Shown piece after piece: positions 40,293-51,135 of a stretch of 64,000 bases of DNA. Numbering within the stretch: position 1 is the stretch's first letter; every line of letters starts with the position of its first letter. Location of the stretch: NCBI GenBank assembly GCA_963725865.1, contig CAVSAC010000010.1, positions 736,001-800,000 on the forward strand. Direction: 5' to 3'. Position numbers and translations under genes: made by a program. The stretch comes from Candidatus Eiseniibacteriota bacterium (lineage in GTDB: Bacteria; Eisenbacteria; RBG-16-71-46). The notes under the pieces were generated by a model. That model did no database searches. It was not told the origin of the DNA and saw only the letters and a program-made list of their open reading frames with translations.

Positions 40293-42344
40293 GTGTCGAC
40301 CCACAGGGCGCTGCGCCCGGAGGAGACGAGAACGTTGAAGGAGATCCGCGCCTGGACGATTCGGGACTCGGCCACGCTGTACAACGTCGCCGGCTGGTCC
40401 GCAGGCTTCTTCCGCATCAACGACGCGGGCCACGTCGAGGTCACGCCGACCGGCCCCGAGGGCCGCAGTGTCGACCTGCACGACCTGGTCCTCGACCTCC
40501 AGCGCCGCGGTCTGGACATGCCCCTGCTGATGCGCTTCTCGGACATCCTGCACAGCCGGGTGGCCACCCTGTTCGGCTGCTTCGACAGCGCTATCAAGGA
40601 GTACGGCTACCGCGGCCGCTACCGCGGGGTGTTCCCGATCAAGGTCAACCAGCAGCACCAGGTGGTCGAGGAGCTGGTGCGCTTCGGCAGCCCGTTCGGG
40701 CTCGGCCTCGAGGCCGGCTCCAAGCCCGAGCTGCTCGCCGGGCTGGCGTTGCTCGACAACCCAGACGCGCTGCTGCTGCTGAATGGCTACAAGGACATCG
40801 AATACATGGAGACCGCGCTGCTGGCGCAGAAGCTGGGGCGCTACCCCATCGTGGTCATCGACCGCTTCCGCGAGCTCGACCTGCTGCTCACGGTGGCGCG
40901 CCGGCTCGGCATCCGCCCGCACATCGGGGTGCGCGCCAAGCTGACCACCAAGGGCGCCGGCAAGTGGATGGAGTCCACCGGCGACCGCTCCAAGTTCGGG
41001 CTCACGGCCACCGAGATGGTGATGCTGGTCGACAGGCTGCGCGAGCAGCAGATGCTCGACTGCCTGGAGCTGGTGCACTTCCACATCGGCTCGCAGATCT
41101 CGGCGGTGCGCGCCATCAAGGACGCGATGAAGGAAGCCTCCCGCGTCTACGTCGAGCTGGCGCACGCCGGGGCGGGGCTCAAGTTCATCGACGCCGGCGG
41201 CGGCCTTGGCGTGGACTACGACGGGTCGTCGACCAACTGGCACTCCTCGACCAACTACACCATGCAGGAGTATGCGAACGACGTCGTGGCCTCGATCCAG
41301 GACGCCTGCGAGACCGCCGGCATCGCGCATCCCGACATCATCACGGAGTCCGGCCGCGCCCTGGTCGCCCACCACTCGGTGCTGGTGTTCAACATCCTCG
41401 ATGTGAACGAGGTGCTGGTCGGTCAGACCCCGCCGCGGGTCGACAAGAAGGAGCCGCCCGTCATCCAGCAGCTGGTCGAGACCTGGCGCGGCGTCTCGCG
41501 GAAGAACTTCCAGGAGTCCTATCACGACGCGCTGCAGCTCAAGGAGGAGGCGACCAGCCTGTTCAACCTCGGGCTGCTCGACCTCCGCGGCCGCGCGCGT
41601 GTGGAGCAGCTCTTCTGGGGCTGCTGCGAGGCGATCCTCAAGATCATCCGCGAGCTGGACTACGTGCCCGACGACCTCGAAGGACTCGAGAAGGGCCTCT
41701 CCGACACCTACTACGGCAACTTCTCGGTGTTCCAGTCGACGCCCGACCACTGGGCGGTGAAGCAGCTCTTCCCCACGATGCCGCTCCACCGGCTGAACGA
41801 GCGTCCGACGCGGCGCGGCGTGATCGCCGATCTGACCTGCGACTCGGACGGCAAGATGGACCAGTTCATCGACCTGCGCGACGTGAAGAACGCGCTCGAG
41901 CTGCATCCGTTCGACGGCAAGCCCTACTACATCGGCGTGTTCCTGGTTGGCGCGTACCAGGAGATCCTCGGCGACCTGCACAACCTGTTCGGCGACACCA
42001 ACGCCGTGCACATCGCGCTCGACGAATCGGGCTATCGCATCGACCACGTGGTCGAAGGCGACTCGGTCACCGAGGTGCTCGGCTACGTGCAGTACCAGAA
42101 GTCGTACCTGATGCAGCGCATGCGGCAGGCAAACGAGGAGGCGCTGCGCAAGGGCCTGCTCACGTTCGAGGAATCCGCGCTGCTCATGAAGCGCTACGAC
42201 GACGGGCTCGCGGGCTACACCTACCTCGAGGAGGAGGAGCCCACGCTGCGGCTCGCCAACGGCGCCGCGGGACTCACGGCGGTGGGCTCCGCGCTCCATC
42301 CCGTCGAGCACCCCGAGCCGCAGGGAGCGACCGAGAGCAAGTAG
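40293..42344 (+). CDS. speA: Biosynthetic arginine decarboxylase
   Basis: FPIKVNQ, GLEAGSKPEL, HFHIGSQ, ESGRA, TCDSDG, GAYQEILGDLHNLFG. Confidence 0.95.
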   Translation: MSTHRALRPEETRTLKEIRAWTIRDSATLYNVAGWSAGFFRINDAGHVEVTPTGPEGRSVDLHDLVLDLQRRGLDMPLLMRFSDILHSRVATLFGCFDSAIKEYGYRGRYRGVFPIKVNQQHQVVEELVRFGSPFGLGLEAGSKPELLAGLALLDNPDALLLLNGYKDIEYMETALLAQKLGRYPIVVIDRFRELDLLLTVARRLGIRPHIGVRAKLTTKGAGKWMESTGDRSKFGLTATEMVMLVDRLREQQMLDCLELVHFHIGSQISAVRAIKDAMKEASRVYVELAHAGAGLKFIDAGGGLGVDYDGSSTNWHSSTNYTMQEYANDVVASIQDACETAGIAHPDIITESGRALVAHHSVLVFNILDVNEVLVGQTPPRVDKKEPPVIQQLVETWRGVSRKNFQESYHDALQLKEEATSLFNLGLLDLRGRARVEQLFWGCCEAILKIIRELDYVPDDLEGLEKGLSDTYYGNFSVFQSTPDHWAVKQLFPTMPLHRLNERPTRRGVIADLTCDSDGKMDQFIDLRDVKNALELHPFDGKPYYIGVFLVGAYQEILGDLHNLFGDTNAVHIALDESGYRIDHVVEGDSVTEVLGYVQYQKSYLMQRMRQANEEALRKGLLTFEESALLMKRYDDGLAGYTYLEEEEPTLRLANGAAGLTAVGSALHPVEHPEPQGATESK

Positions 42345-42474
42345 CACGGCTCGCTCGCTCGCGAGCCGTGCGTCCGCGGACGATCGAACGTCACCGAATC
42401 CGCGCGCCCGAACCCACCGGCGCCCGCGAGCACCGCCAGAGCGACCCGCGTGGTCGCGTTCCGGGAGAGGTTCC

Positions 42475-43674
42475 ATGAAGACCAAGCCGCAGGGCTTCCA
42501 CACCCAGCTGGTTCACGCCGGCCACCGCGACGATCCCACCGGTGCGGTGACCGTGCCCATCTACCAGTGCTCGACGTTCGCGTTCCGCAGCGCCCAGCAC
42601 GGCGCCGATCTGTTCGCGGGCGCGGCCGACGGCTTCATCTACACGCGCCTCGGCAATCCCACCATCCGCGCGCTCGAGGAATGCCTGTCCACGCTCGAGC
42701 ACGGCCACGCCGGCATCGCCACCAGCTCGGGGATGGGCGCGGTTTCGGTGCTCTACCTGGCGCTGCTCGGCCAGGGCGCCCATCTGGTGAGCACCGCCTC
42801 GGTGTATGGCCCCTCGCGCGGTCTGGTCGAGAACCAGCTGTCGCGTTTCGGAGTCACCGCCACGTTCGTCGACACCTCGGACCCCGAGAACGTGCGCCGC
42901 GCGCTGCGCCCCGAGACGAAGCTCGTCTACGTCGAGTCGCCCTCCAACCCCGCGATGCAGGTGACCGACCTGCGTGCGGTGGCCGCGATCGCGCACGCGC
43001 ATGGCGCGCTGCTGGCGGTCGACAACACCTTCGCGAGCCCCTACCTGCAGCGCCCGCTCGACCTCGGCGCCGACGTGGTGCTGCACTCGGTCACCAAGTT
43101 CATCAACGGCCACGCCGACGTGGTCGGCGGCATCCTGGTGTCGAAGACCGCGGAGCTGGACCGCCGCCTGCGGCCGATGATGATCGCGCTCGGGTGCAAC
43201 ATGGACCCGCACCAGGCGTTCCTGGTGATGCGCGGGGTCAAGACGCTGGCGATCCGCATCGAGCGCGCCCAGCAGGGCGCGATGACGATCGCGCGCTGGC
43301 TCGAGAGCCGGCCCGAGGTCGCGTGGGTGCGCTACATCGGCCTGCCCTCCCATCCACAGCACGAGCTGGCGAAGCGGCAGATGTCGGGCTTCGGCTCCAT
43401 GATCAGCTTCGAGCTGAAAGCCGGCCTCGAGGCCGGACGCTTCCTGATGGACCACGTGCAGGTCGCGACCCTCGCCGTGTCGCTCGGCGGGGTCGAGACG
43501 CTCGTCGAGCACCCGGCCTCGATGACGCACGCCGGCATGTCGCGCGATCAGCGGCTGGAGGCCGGCATCACCGACGGCCTGGTGCGCTACTCCGTGGGCA
43601 TCGAGGACGTCGCGGATCTCATCGCCGACCTCGAGCAGGCGCTGGACGCGCTGCCGAAGCCGGTGCCCGCCTGA
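42475..43674 (+). CDS. Cys/Met metabolism PLP-dependent enzyme (methionine gamma-lyase/cystathionine gamma-lyase family)
   Basis: YTRLGNPT, SSGMGA, DNTF, SVTKFINGH, AVSLGGVETL. Confidence 0.9.
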   Translation: MKTKPQGFHTQLVHAGHRDDPTGAVTVPIYQCSTFAFRSAQHGADLFAGAADGFIYTRLGNPTIRALEECLSTLEHGHAGIATSSGMGAVSVLYLALLGQGAHLVSTASVYGPSRGLVENQLSRFGVTATFVDTSDPENVRRALRPETKLVYVESPSNPAMQVTDLRAVAAIAHAHGALLAVDNTFASPYLQRPLDLGADVVLHSVTKFINGHADVVGGILVSKTAELDRRLRPMMIALGCNMDPHQAFLVMRGVKTLAIRIERAQQGAMTIARWLESRPEVAWVRYIGLPSHPQHELAKRQMSGFGSMISFELKAGLEAGRFLMDHVQVATLAVSLGGVETLVEHPASMTHAGMSRDQRLEAGITDGLVRYSVGIEDVADLIADLEQALDALPKPVPA

Positions 43675-43683
43675 GCGCGAGGC

Positions 43684-44499
43684 TCACGAGCGCAGGCCCT
43701 CGAACAGGTCGGTCTCGCTCCGGCGCCCGCCGTTGACGGTGCTGACGATTCGGTAGAAGTGCTGGCGGCCCCACAGCGCCTCGTGCCCCGCCGGCGAGAG
43801 GTGGCGCAGCTTCTCGTAGTTCGCGATCTGGGAATCGTGACAGGCGACCGCGCGCCACACCGTCTCCCAGTGCGCGTGCGTGTCGATCACGGTGGTGATC
43901 GACCAGTCGGGCCACGGGCGGGACTCGCGCTCGACGCCGTCCACCATCGAGGTCAGGCGCTTGAACGCCTCCTGGTGCGCGTCCATCGCCGACGCGGGCC
44001 ACGCCATGTGGTAGAGCTTCGCGACCGCATGCGGCACCGCGTCCGCACCGTCCGCGAACGCGGGGTCGGCCGCCGCGACTGCGGCGGCGGTCGCGAACTG
44101 CGAGATCGCGATGTGGTCGGGATGGCCGTAGCCGCCGAGCGCGTCGAACGTGAGCACCACGTGCGGGCGGTGCCGTCGCAGCTCGGCCACGATGCGGCCG
44201 ATCGCCTCGCGCGGATCCGCCTGGTCGAGCTCGCCGTCGAGGTAGCCGAGCAGCGCCAGCTCGCGGACCCCGAGGACCGCCACCGCGGCTCGCAGCTCGC
44301 GCTCGCGGATGCGGCCGAGCTCCGTCGGGCCCGGGTGCCCGGGGCCCGCGCGATGCTCGCGGAAGCGTCCGCGCTCGCCGCGCGTGGCCGTCACCAGAAA
44401 CGTCTCCACGCCCTCGGCGGCGTAGCGCGCCAGCGTGCCGCCGACGCCGAGGGATTCGTCATCCGGATGCGCGAGCACCGCCATGAGGCGCAGTGCCAT
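43684..44499 (-). CDS. PIG-L/LmbE family deacetylase
   Basis: AHPDDE, GGYGHPDH, HDSQ. Confidence 0.9.
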   Translation of the reverse strand: MALRLMAVLAHPDDESLGVGGTLARYAAEGVETFLVTATRGERGRFREHRAGPGHPGPTELGRIRERELRAAVAVLGVRELALLGYLDGELDQADPREAIGRIVAELRRHRPHVVLTFDALGGYGHPDHIAISQFATAAAVAAADPAFADGADAVPHAVAKLYHMAWPASAMDAHQEAFKRLTSMVDGVERESRPWPDWSITTVIDTHAHWETVWRAVACHDSQIANYEKLRHLSPAGHEALWGRQHFYRIVSTVNGGRRSETDLFEGLRS

Positions 44500-44560
44500 C
44501 GATCAACTCCTTTCCGCGGCCCCGTTACCCGTGTGTCCGCGCCGCGCATCGCGCGCCGCG

Positions 44561-46420
44561 CTATCTCGCCAGCAGGCCGCCGACGACCAGCAGCGCCACC
44601 AGCACGCCCATCAGGCTCTCGCCCGCGATCAGCCCGCTGCTCACCGGAACCACGTAGCGCGCCGCGAACTCCGGCCGCCCGCGGCGCAGCAGCATCGCGA
44701 TCAGCGCGCCGGCGAACATGGCGAACGAGTTGCTGGCGGGCAGCACCATCGCGATCCCCAGCCCCGCCGGCGAGGGCACGAAGGTCTTCAGGCGCGCGGG
44801 CGCCACGCGCTCCATCACCGCGAGCGCCACGCCCAGCAGCAGGCCCGCGACCATGCCCGTGCGCGCGAGCGGATCGAGCCGGCCGATCCCGCCGGCGAAC
44901 GCCTCCGAGACGCCGGCCCACACCAGGCACGAGGGCGCCGGCCACGCGTCGCTGCCGAGCACGGTGGGATCCGGGATCAGCACGTTGAACGCGGGCACCA
45001 CGACCGCCGCGCCGGCCAGCACGCCGAACAGCTGCGCGTAGAACTGCACGCGCGGACTGGCGCCCAGCAGCCACCCGGTCTTGAGCGTGGTGAGCAGGTC
45101 GGCCGCGTGCAGCCCGATCCCGCCGGTGACGTTCGCGCTCATGATGTTGCCCGACAGGTTGCCGGGCGTGATCACGCCGTACACCAGTTGCGTGACCGGG
45201 CCGAGCGCCTTGGTGGGCGTGATGTCGGTCTCGCCGGTCACGCGCGCCGCCACGAAGCCCATCACCACCGCCAGCGGCACCGCGATCACGCCCGCCCACC
45301 ACGGGATGTGGAACAGCCACGTCATGAGCAGCACCACGATCGGCCCCAGCGCCACGAAGCCGGCGGGGAACCACCAGCCCGGGCACTCCACCGCGTCCAG
45401 CGGGTCCGCAGGCCCGCCCGCGGGGCGCCGCGACCACAGGCTGCCGAGGCCGGCGAACGAACGCGCCACGCTCCGCCAGTCGAGCGCGAACGAGGTCAGC
45501 CCCGAGGCGACCAGGATCGCGGCCCCCGGCCACACCGTCCAGCCCGCGATCGCCTTGTAGCTCACGTTCGCCACCGCGCCCTGGGCGACCAGCGCCGGCG
45601 CGAGCGTGGCGTACGTGAGCACGCCGCCGAGCAGCATCGACCACGTGGTCCGGAAGCTCATCAGCGCGCCCGCGCCCAGCAGCACCACCTCGGTCTTGAT
45701 CGCCAGCGTCCAGTCGGCCGCCGGACGCCCGGCGATCGTGAACGGCAGCGGGAACGCGGCGGGCAGGTTCGGATAGGGCAGCCACGCCGCGCGGGCGTCG
45801 CGCAGCCACGCGAGCGCCGCCGCGAACAGCGCGGCGAGGCCGAGCGCGCGCGCCTGCCGCGCGCCCTCGCCGACGTCCGCCGCGCCCTCCTCGCCGTGGA
45901 TCGCCCGCAGGGTCACGGCCGTGGCGGTGCCGGTCGGGAACGCGAGGGCCTCGCGGTTGATGAGCTGGCGCTTGATCGGGATCGCGGTGAACACCCCGAG
46001 CGCCGCGATGCACCCGAACCACGCGATCATCGGGACCTGCGGCGGACGCACCGCGGTCACCATCAGCAGCGCGCCGAACGCCGCCATGTTGCCGCCGCCC
46101 GTCATGTACCCGGCGCCCGAGGCGACCGTGGTGAGCGCGTTGTTCTCGAGCGCGGTCAGCGGCGCCCGCGAGAGGCGCAGCGCCGCCAGCAGGCGGAACA
46201 GCGCGAACGCCAGTATCGCCGCGGTGATGGTCACTCCCATCGACCAGCCGGTCTTGAAGAACACGTAGAGGTTGGACAAACACATGACCACGCCGATCGC
46301 CATCCCGCCGAGCACCGCGCGCACGGTGAGCTGGGCGGTGCCGGGGCGGTAGGTGTGGGCGAGCCAGTGGCGCTCGTCGCTCGTGCTCGCTGGCTCGCGC
46401 GGGTCGCGCGGATCGCTCAT
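44561..46420 (-). CDS. OPT family oligopeptide transporter
   Basis: QLTVRAV, KTGW, ENN, FPTGTATA, GETD, LKTG.L.G, SGLIAGES. Confidence 0.9.
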   Translation of the reverse strand: MSDPRDPREPASTSDERHWLAHTYRPGTAQLTVRAVLGGMAIGVVMCLSNLYVFFKTGWSMGVTITAAILAFALFRLLAALRLSRAPLTALENNALTTVASGAGYMTGGGNMAAFGALLMVTAVRPPQVPMIAWFGCIAALGVFTAIPIKRQLINREALAFPTGTATAVTLRAIHGEEGAADVGEGARQARALGLAALFAAALAWLRDARAAWLPYPNLPAAFPLPFTIAGRPAADWTLAIKTEVVLLGAGALMSFRTTWSMLLGGVLTYATLAPALVAQGAVANVSYKAIAGWTVWPGAAILVASGLTSFALDWRSVARSFAGLGSLWSRRPAGGPADPLDAVECPGWWFPAGFVALGPIVVLLMTWLFHIPWWAGVIAVPLAVVMGFVAARVTGETDITPTKALGPVTQLVYGVITPGNLSGNIMSANVTGGIGLHAADLLTTLKTGWLLGASPRVQFYAQLFGVLAGAAVVVPAFNVLIPDPTVLGSDAWPAPSCLVWAGVSEAFAGGIGRLDPLARTGMVAGLLLGVALAVMERVAPARLKTFVPSPAGLGIAMVLPASNSFAMFAGALIAMLLRRGRPEFAARYVVPVSSGLIAGESLMGVLVALLVVGGLLAR

Positions 46421-46615
46421 GCGGTCCTCGGGGATCGGCAGGCGTCGTGGGACGGGATGCCGGCGCGACGCGCCGCCGGGCGCGCGGAGACTACACTGGC
46501 GACCGGGTCCCGATCAGCGCTTTTCGACACCGCGGGACTCGGGCGCGACGCGGGCCGCGCTCTCACGCGGCCCGCTCACTGGAGCACCACCCTGCGGCGC
46601 ACGCCGCGCGCCGCG

Positions 46616-48734
46616 CTACTTGAGCCCGCGCCGCTCCAGCAGCGGATCGACCGACGGCTCGCGGCCTCGGAAGCGCCGGTAGAGCGCCATCGCGTCCTCG
46701 CTCCCGCCGCGCTCGAGCAGCGTGCGGAACGCGCGCGCGGTCGCGGGGTCGAACAGCCCGCGCTCCTTGAACGCCTGGAACGCGTCGGCGTCGAGCACCT
46801 CGGCCCACACGTAGCTGTAGTAGCCCGCCGAGTAGCCGCCCGCGAAGACGTGCTGGAAGTAGGGCGAGCGGTAGCGCGGCACGATGGTGGCGGGCATGCC
46901 GATGTCCTTCATCGCGCGGTCCTCGAACGCGGTCACGTCCAGCGCGCCCACCGGGCTCGCGAGCGTGTGCCACTTCATGTCGAGCAGCGACGCGGCGAGG
47001 TACTCGGTGGTGGCGAAGCCCTGGTCGAACTTCTGCGCCGCCTTGATCCGCTCGACCAGCGCCGCGGGGATCACCTCGCCGGTCTGCCAGTGCTTGGCGT
47101 AGACCGCGAGCACCTCGGGCTCGAGCGCCCAGTTCTCCATGATCTGGCTCGGCAGCTCGACGAAGTCCTGCGGCACGTTCGCCACCCCGTGGTAGCGCAC
47201 CTGCGAGAGCATCGCGTGCAGGCAGTGGCCGAACTCGTGGAACAGCGTCTGCGCCTCGTCCAGCGACAGCAGCGCCGGCGCGTCGCCCGCGGGGCGCGAG
47301 AAGTTGCACACGTTCACCACCACCGGCGCGGTCCGCACGCCGTCCTGCACGACCGCCTCGCGGTACTCGCTCGACCAGGCGCCGCCCCGCTTGCCGGCGC
47401 GCGGGTGATAGTCGACGTAGAACACCGCCAGGTGCGAGCCGTCGGTGTCCTTCACCTCGAACGCCTTCACCTCCGGGTGGTAGACCGGCAGGTCCGGGCG
47501 CTCGACGAACGTCACGCCGTAGAGCCGGTTCGCGACCCAGAACGCGCCCTGCCGCACGTTGTCGAGCGTGAAGTAGGGCCGCAGCGCGCCCTCGTCGAGG
47601 TCGTAGCGCGCCTTGCGGATCCGCTCGGTGTAGTAGAACCAGTCGTACGGCTGGAGCGCGAAGTCCTGCCCGTCCGCGCGGATCGCGGCCTGCAGGTCGG
47701 TCGCCTCGCGCGCCGCCACCGCCTTGGCCGGACCCCACAGTCGCTCGAGCAGCCCGTCCACCTGGGCCGGCGTCTTCGCCATGTTCTCGGCCAGCACGTA
47801 GTCGGCGTGGCTCGGGAAGCCCAGCAGCTTCGCGCGCTCGGCGCGCAGCGTCACGATGCGCGCGAGCACCGCCTTGTTGTCGTTCGCGTCGCCGTGATCG
47901 GCGCGGGTGGTGTAGGCCGGTGAAGATCCGCCGGCGCAGCTCGCGGTTGTCGGCGTACTGCAGGAACGGCCACAGGCTCGGCGCCTGCAGCGTGAACAGC
48001 CACTTGCCGCGCTGGCCCGCCTGCTCGGCGGCCGTGGCGGCGCCGGCCACCACGCGCTCGGGCAGCCCCGCGAGGTCCTTCGGGTCGGTGATCAGCAACT
48101 GGAACGCGTTGGTCTCGCTCAGCAGGTGGTCGCGGAACGTGACCGAGAGCCCGGCCAGCTCGGTGTTGATCGCCCGCAGTCGCGCCTTGCCCGCGGCGTT
48201 CAGCAGCGCGCCGCCACGCACGAAGTCCTTGTACGTGTTCTCGAGCAGCCGCGCCTGATCGGGCTCCAGCGCGCGCTTCGAGCGCGTGTCCCACACCGCC
48301 TTCACGCGCCGGAACAGCGCGGCGTCGAGGGCGATGTCGTCGCGGTGCGCCGCCATCATCGGCGCGGTCTCCTGGGCGATCGCCTGGAGCCCCGGCGTGG
48401 TCTCGGCGCTGGTCAGGTTGCCGAACACCGCGCTGACGCGCGCGAGCAGCTCGCCCGAGCGGTCGAGCGCCACGATGGTGTTCTCGAACGTCGGCGCCTG
48501 GCGCGAAGCGACGATCGCCTTGACCTCGGCGGTGTGGCGCGCGATCGCCTCGCGGTACGCGGGCAGGAAGTGCGCCTCGCGGATCTGGTCGAACGGCGGC
48601 ACGCCGAACGGCGTGGTCCACTCGGCCAGCAACGGGTTGGCCATCGCGGTTTCCGCGGCGGCGGACTGGGCCGTCGCGGGGAGGGCGACGAACAGGGACA
48701 GGAGCGCGATCGGGATCGAGAGTCGGCGGCGCAT
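46616..48734 (-). CDS. M3 family peptidase (peptidyl-dipeptidase Dcp/oligopeptidase A-like), one +1 frameshift at about 47918
   Basis: Signal peptide and NPLL..W.TPFGVPPF in frame of 49421; continues in 46616..47869 with HEFGH, DFVELPSQ, GYSAGYYSY. Confidence 0.9.
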
Positions 48735-48892
48735 CGGAGCGACCTCCACGGATGGTTGCGGCGGCGGGCGGGCGGGTCCAAGCCCGGTCCGCACCCACGC
48801 CCACGCCACGGTAGCAGGCCGGGCCGCCGGCCGCCCCCTCGGCACGGCGCGACTCGGACGAGCGCGGTCGGAGGGCGAGCGGGCGCGGCGGC

Positions 48893-49252
48893 TCAGCGCT
48901 CCGCAGCGCCCCCCGTGCGGCCGAAGCGCGCGCGCAGCCGCGGGTGCTCGAGCAGCGCGGCGGCCGCCAGCGCCACCAGCGCGACCGCCCCGAGGATGAG
49001 GCCCATGCGCAGCCACGGCTGGCCGCGCGCCTGGCGCTCGGCCGCCGATCCGACGAGCGTGCGCACCCACTCGGCGGCGTCCGCGAGCAGCGCGACCTGC
49101 AGCACGCGGACGGCCCACGGCCGTCGCACCCACAGCAGCGCGAACAGCGCCAGCGCGAGCAGCACCAGCACGAGCTGACCGTGGAAGAGGAGGTGCGCGC
49201 CCATCACCAGCACGCTCAGTCCCACCAGCGACAACGTGAGAGCGGTCCGCAT
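48893..49252 (-). CDS. Small hypothetical membrane protein
   Basis: Four hydrophobic segments; AH, EW.RT, GQPWLRM motifs; plausible codon usage. Confidence 0.7.
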   Translation of the reverse strand: MRTALTLSLVGLSVLVMGAHLLFHGQLVLVLLALALFALLWVRRPWAVRVLQVALLADAAEWVRTLVGSAAERQARGQPWLRMGLILGAVALVALAAAALLEHPRLRARFGRTGGAAER

Positions 49253-49334
49253 GGCGACGGAGTCTAGTCGCTCCGCCGCGCGGGAGCACCCTCACCACGC
49301 CGCGCATGCGTGGGCGGCTGCTGTCACCGCGCCT

Positions 49335-49363
49335 TTGACGCGGCCGTTCGCGTGCGTCAGATT
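49335..49363 (+). promoter_or_regulatory. Sigma70-type promoter TTGACG-N17-CAGATT
   Basis: Canonical spacing; ATG at 49371 lies 7 nt downstream. Confidence 0.45.
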
Positions 49364-49419
49364 GCCGCCCATGCGCCTCATCCCCGCCCGCGATCGCCGC
49401 GCGCGCGCGCGCCGGCTCC

Positions 49420-50871
49420 ATGCACGCAGCGCCTGAGCCGCTGTCGGCCGCGACCGCGCGCCGCTGGCTCGCGCTGATCCTGCTCGCGAGCGTGCTCGGA
49501 CACTTCTACCGGATCGGCGCGCCGCCGAGCGGCTTCCACACCTGGCGCGAGTGCGACACCGCGGCGGTCTCCGAGGCGTTCCTGCGCGAGACCTCGAACC
49601 TGTTCGAGCCGCGCACCCACCAGCGCGGCGCCACCTCGGGCGTCACCGGCATGGAGTTCCCGATCTACAACTACGCGGTCGCGCAGCTGTGGCGGCTCGC
49701 GGGCCAGCATCACTGGGTGCCGCGCGCGCTGTCGCTGGCGCTCGGCACGGTGGGCCTGGTCGGCGTGTACGCGCTCGGCGGCCTGCTGCTCGGCCGTCGC
49801 GCGGCGCTCGCGGCGGCGTTCTTCGCGGCGTGCTCGCCGCTGTACTTCTTCTACAGCCGCAAGATCCAACCCGACGTGCTGCTGCCCGCGGCGACCACGT
49901 GGGCGCTCTATCTGTTCCTGCGCGGCGAGGCGCGCGGCTCCCGTCGCGACTTCGCGGGCGCGCTCGCGCTCGTCACGCTCGCCGCGATGGTCAAGCCGAC
50001 CGCGCTCGCGGTCGGGGTGCCGATCCTGGCGTGGACGCTCGGGCGTGCGTCCGGCGCGCGCCCGCTCTCCCGCCTGCGCCCGCGCCACGTGCTGTTCGCC
50101 GTGGTGGCGCTGGGTGCGCCGATCGCGTGGTTCGCGTACGCGCGGCTGCTCGCGGATCGCTCGGGGCTGCACGCGTTCTACCTCGGCGGCGACCTGTTGG
50201 CGCTGTGGCGCCGCACGCACTGGGACCTGTTCGTGAGCAAGGGTCTGATCAGCTGGCCGCTCGAGCTGGGCCTTGGCCTGCCCGCGGTGGCCGCGATCGC
50301 CGGCGGGCTGCTGGTGCGGCGGCGCTTCGATCCGCGCCTCGCCCCCGCGCTCTGGTGGCTGCTCGGCTGCCTCGGCGCGTTCCTGCTGGTCTCGGAGGCG
50401 GTCACCAACTACCACGACTACTACGGGCTGATCGCGGTGCCGCCGTTCGCGCTGCTGACCGCGTCGGCGCTCGAGAGCCTGGCGGATTCGCCGCGCCGCG
50501 TGGCGCGCGCGTTCGCGGTGATCGTGCTGGTGGCGGCGCCGCTGGTGACGTGGGGCCGCATCCACCAGCGCTACGGCACCGCGACCGAGCGCGAGTTCGT
50601 GGCGCTGCGCGCGGTGGTCGACGCGTGCGTGCCCCGCGCCGCGCGCATCACGGCCGAGGACGAGACTCCGGCGATCGCGCTCTATCGGCTCGGACGGCCG
50701 GGGTGGACGTTCGCGCCCGGGGATCCCGACGCGCGGCTGCTGGAGCAGCACGCGGCCGGCGCCAGCCACGCGGTGTTCTTTCGCCGGGTGCCCTCGGATT
50801 CGCTCGCGGCGCGCCTCGAGGTGGTGCACCGCGATTCGCAGCTCACGATCGCGCGCTTCCGCGACCGCTGA
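49420..50871 (+). CDS. ArnT/PMT-like (GT-C) membrane glycosyltransferase
   Basis: WRE.DT...EFPIY, PD, VKP, HDYY motifs; many TM helices. Confidence 0.82.
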   Translation: MHAAPEPLSAATARRWLALILLASVLGHFYRIGAPPSGFHTWRECDTAAVSEAFLRETSNLFEPRTHQRGATSGVTGMEFPIYNYAVAQLWRLAGQHHWVPRALSLALGTVGLVGVYALGGLLLGRRAALAAAFFAACSPLYFFYSRKIQPDVLLPAATTWALYLFLRGEARGSRRDFAGALALVTLAAMVKPTALAVGVPILAWTLGRASGARPLSRLRPRHVLFAVVALGAPIAWFAYARLLADRSGLHAFYLGGDLLALWRRTHWDLFVSKGLISWPLELGLGLPAVAAIAGGLLVRRRFDPRLAPALWWLLGCLGAFLLVSEAVTNYHDYYGLIAVPPFALLTASALESLADSPRRVARAFAVIVLVAAPLVTWGRIHQRYGTATEREFVALRAVVDACVPRAARITAEDETPAIALYRLGRPGWTFAPGDPDARLLEQHAAGASHAVFFRRVPSDSLAARLEVVHRDSQLTIARFRDR

Positions 50872-50916
50872 GAGCGGGCGCGTTCCGTCGCCGGCCGGGG
50901 GTGTGGCCGCGCGGGT

Positions 50917-51135
50917 TCAGACGTCGACGTCGCTCTCGTCCGCCGGCGCTTCGGCCAGCGGGTCCGCGGGCGGACCATCGAGCGGCTCGAGCGACTCGAT
51001 CGCGTCGGTGTCGGGTCCGCCCTCCGCCTTCGCCTGCTTGCGGAGGCGCTTCGCCTCGCGCTTCTCGGCCGCGCGCGCCAGCCGGGTCTGCTCCTTCTGT
51101 CGCTTCAGGAATGACGGTCTCTGATGGCCTGCCAG
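50917..51135 (-). CDS. 72-aa small protein with CTG start (basic coiled coil plus acidic tail)
   Basis: Not in ORF track. GAGGAG RBS 6 nt before CTG; (M)AGHQRPSFLKRQKEQTRLARAAEKREAKRLRKQ...ESDVDV-stop. Confidence 0.7.
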   Translation of the reverse strand: MAGHQRPSFLKRQKEQTRLARAAEKREAKRLRKQAKAEGGPDTDAIESLEPLDGPPADPLAEAPADESDVDV

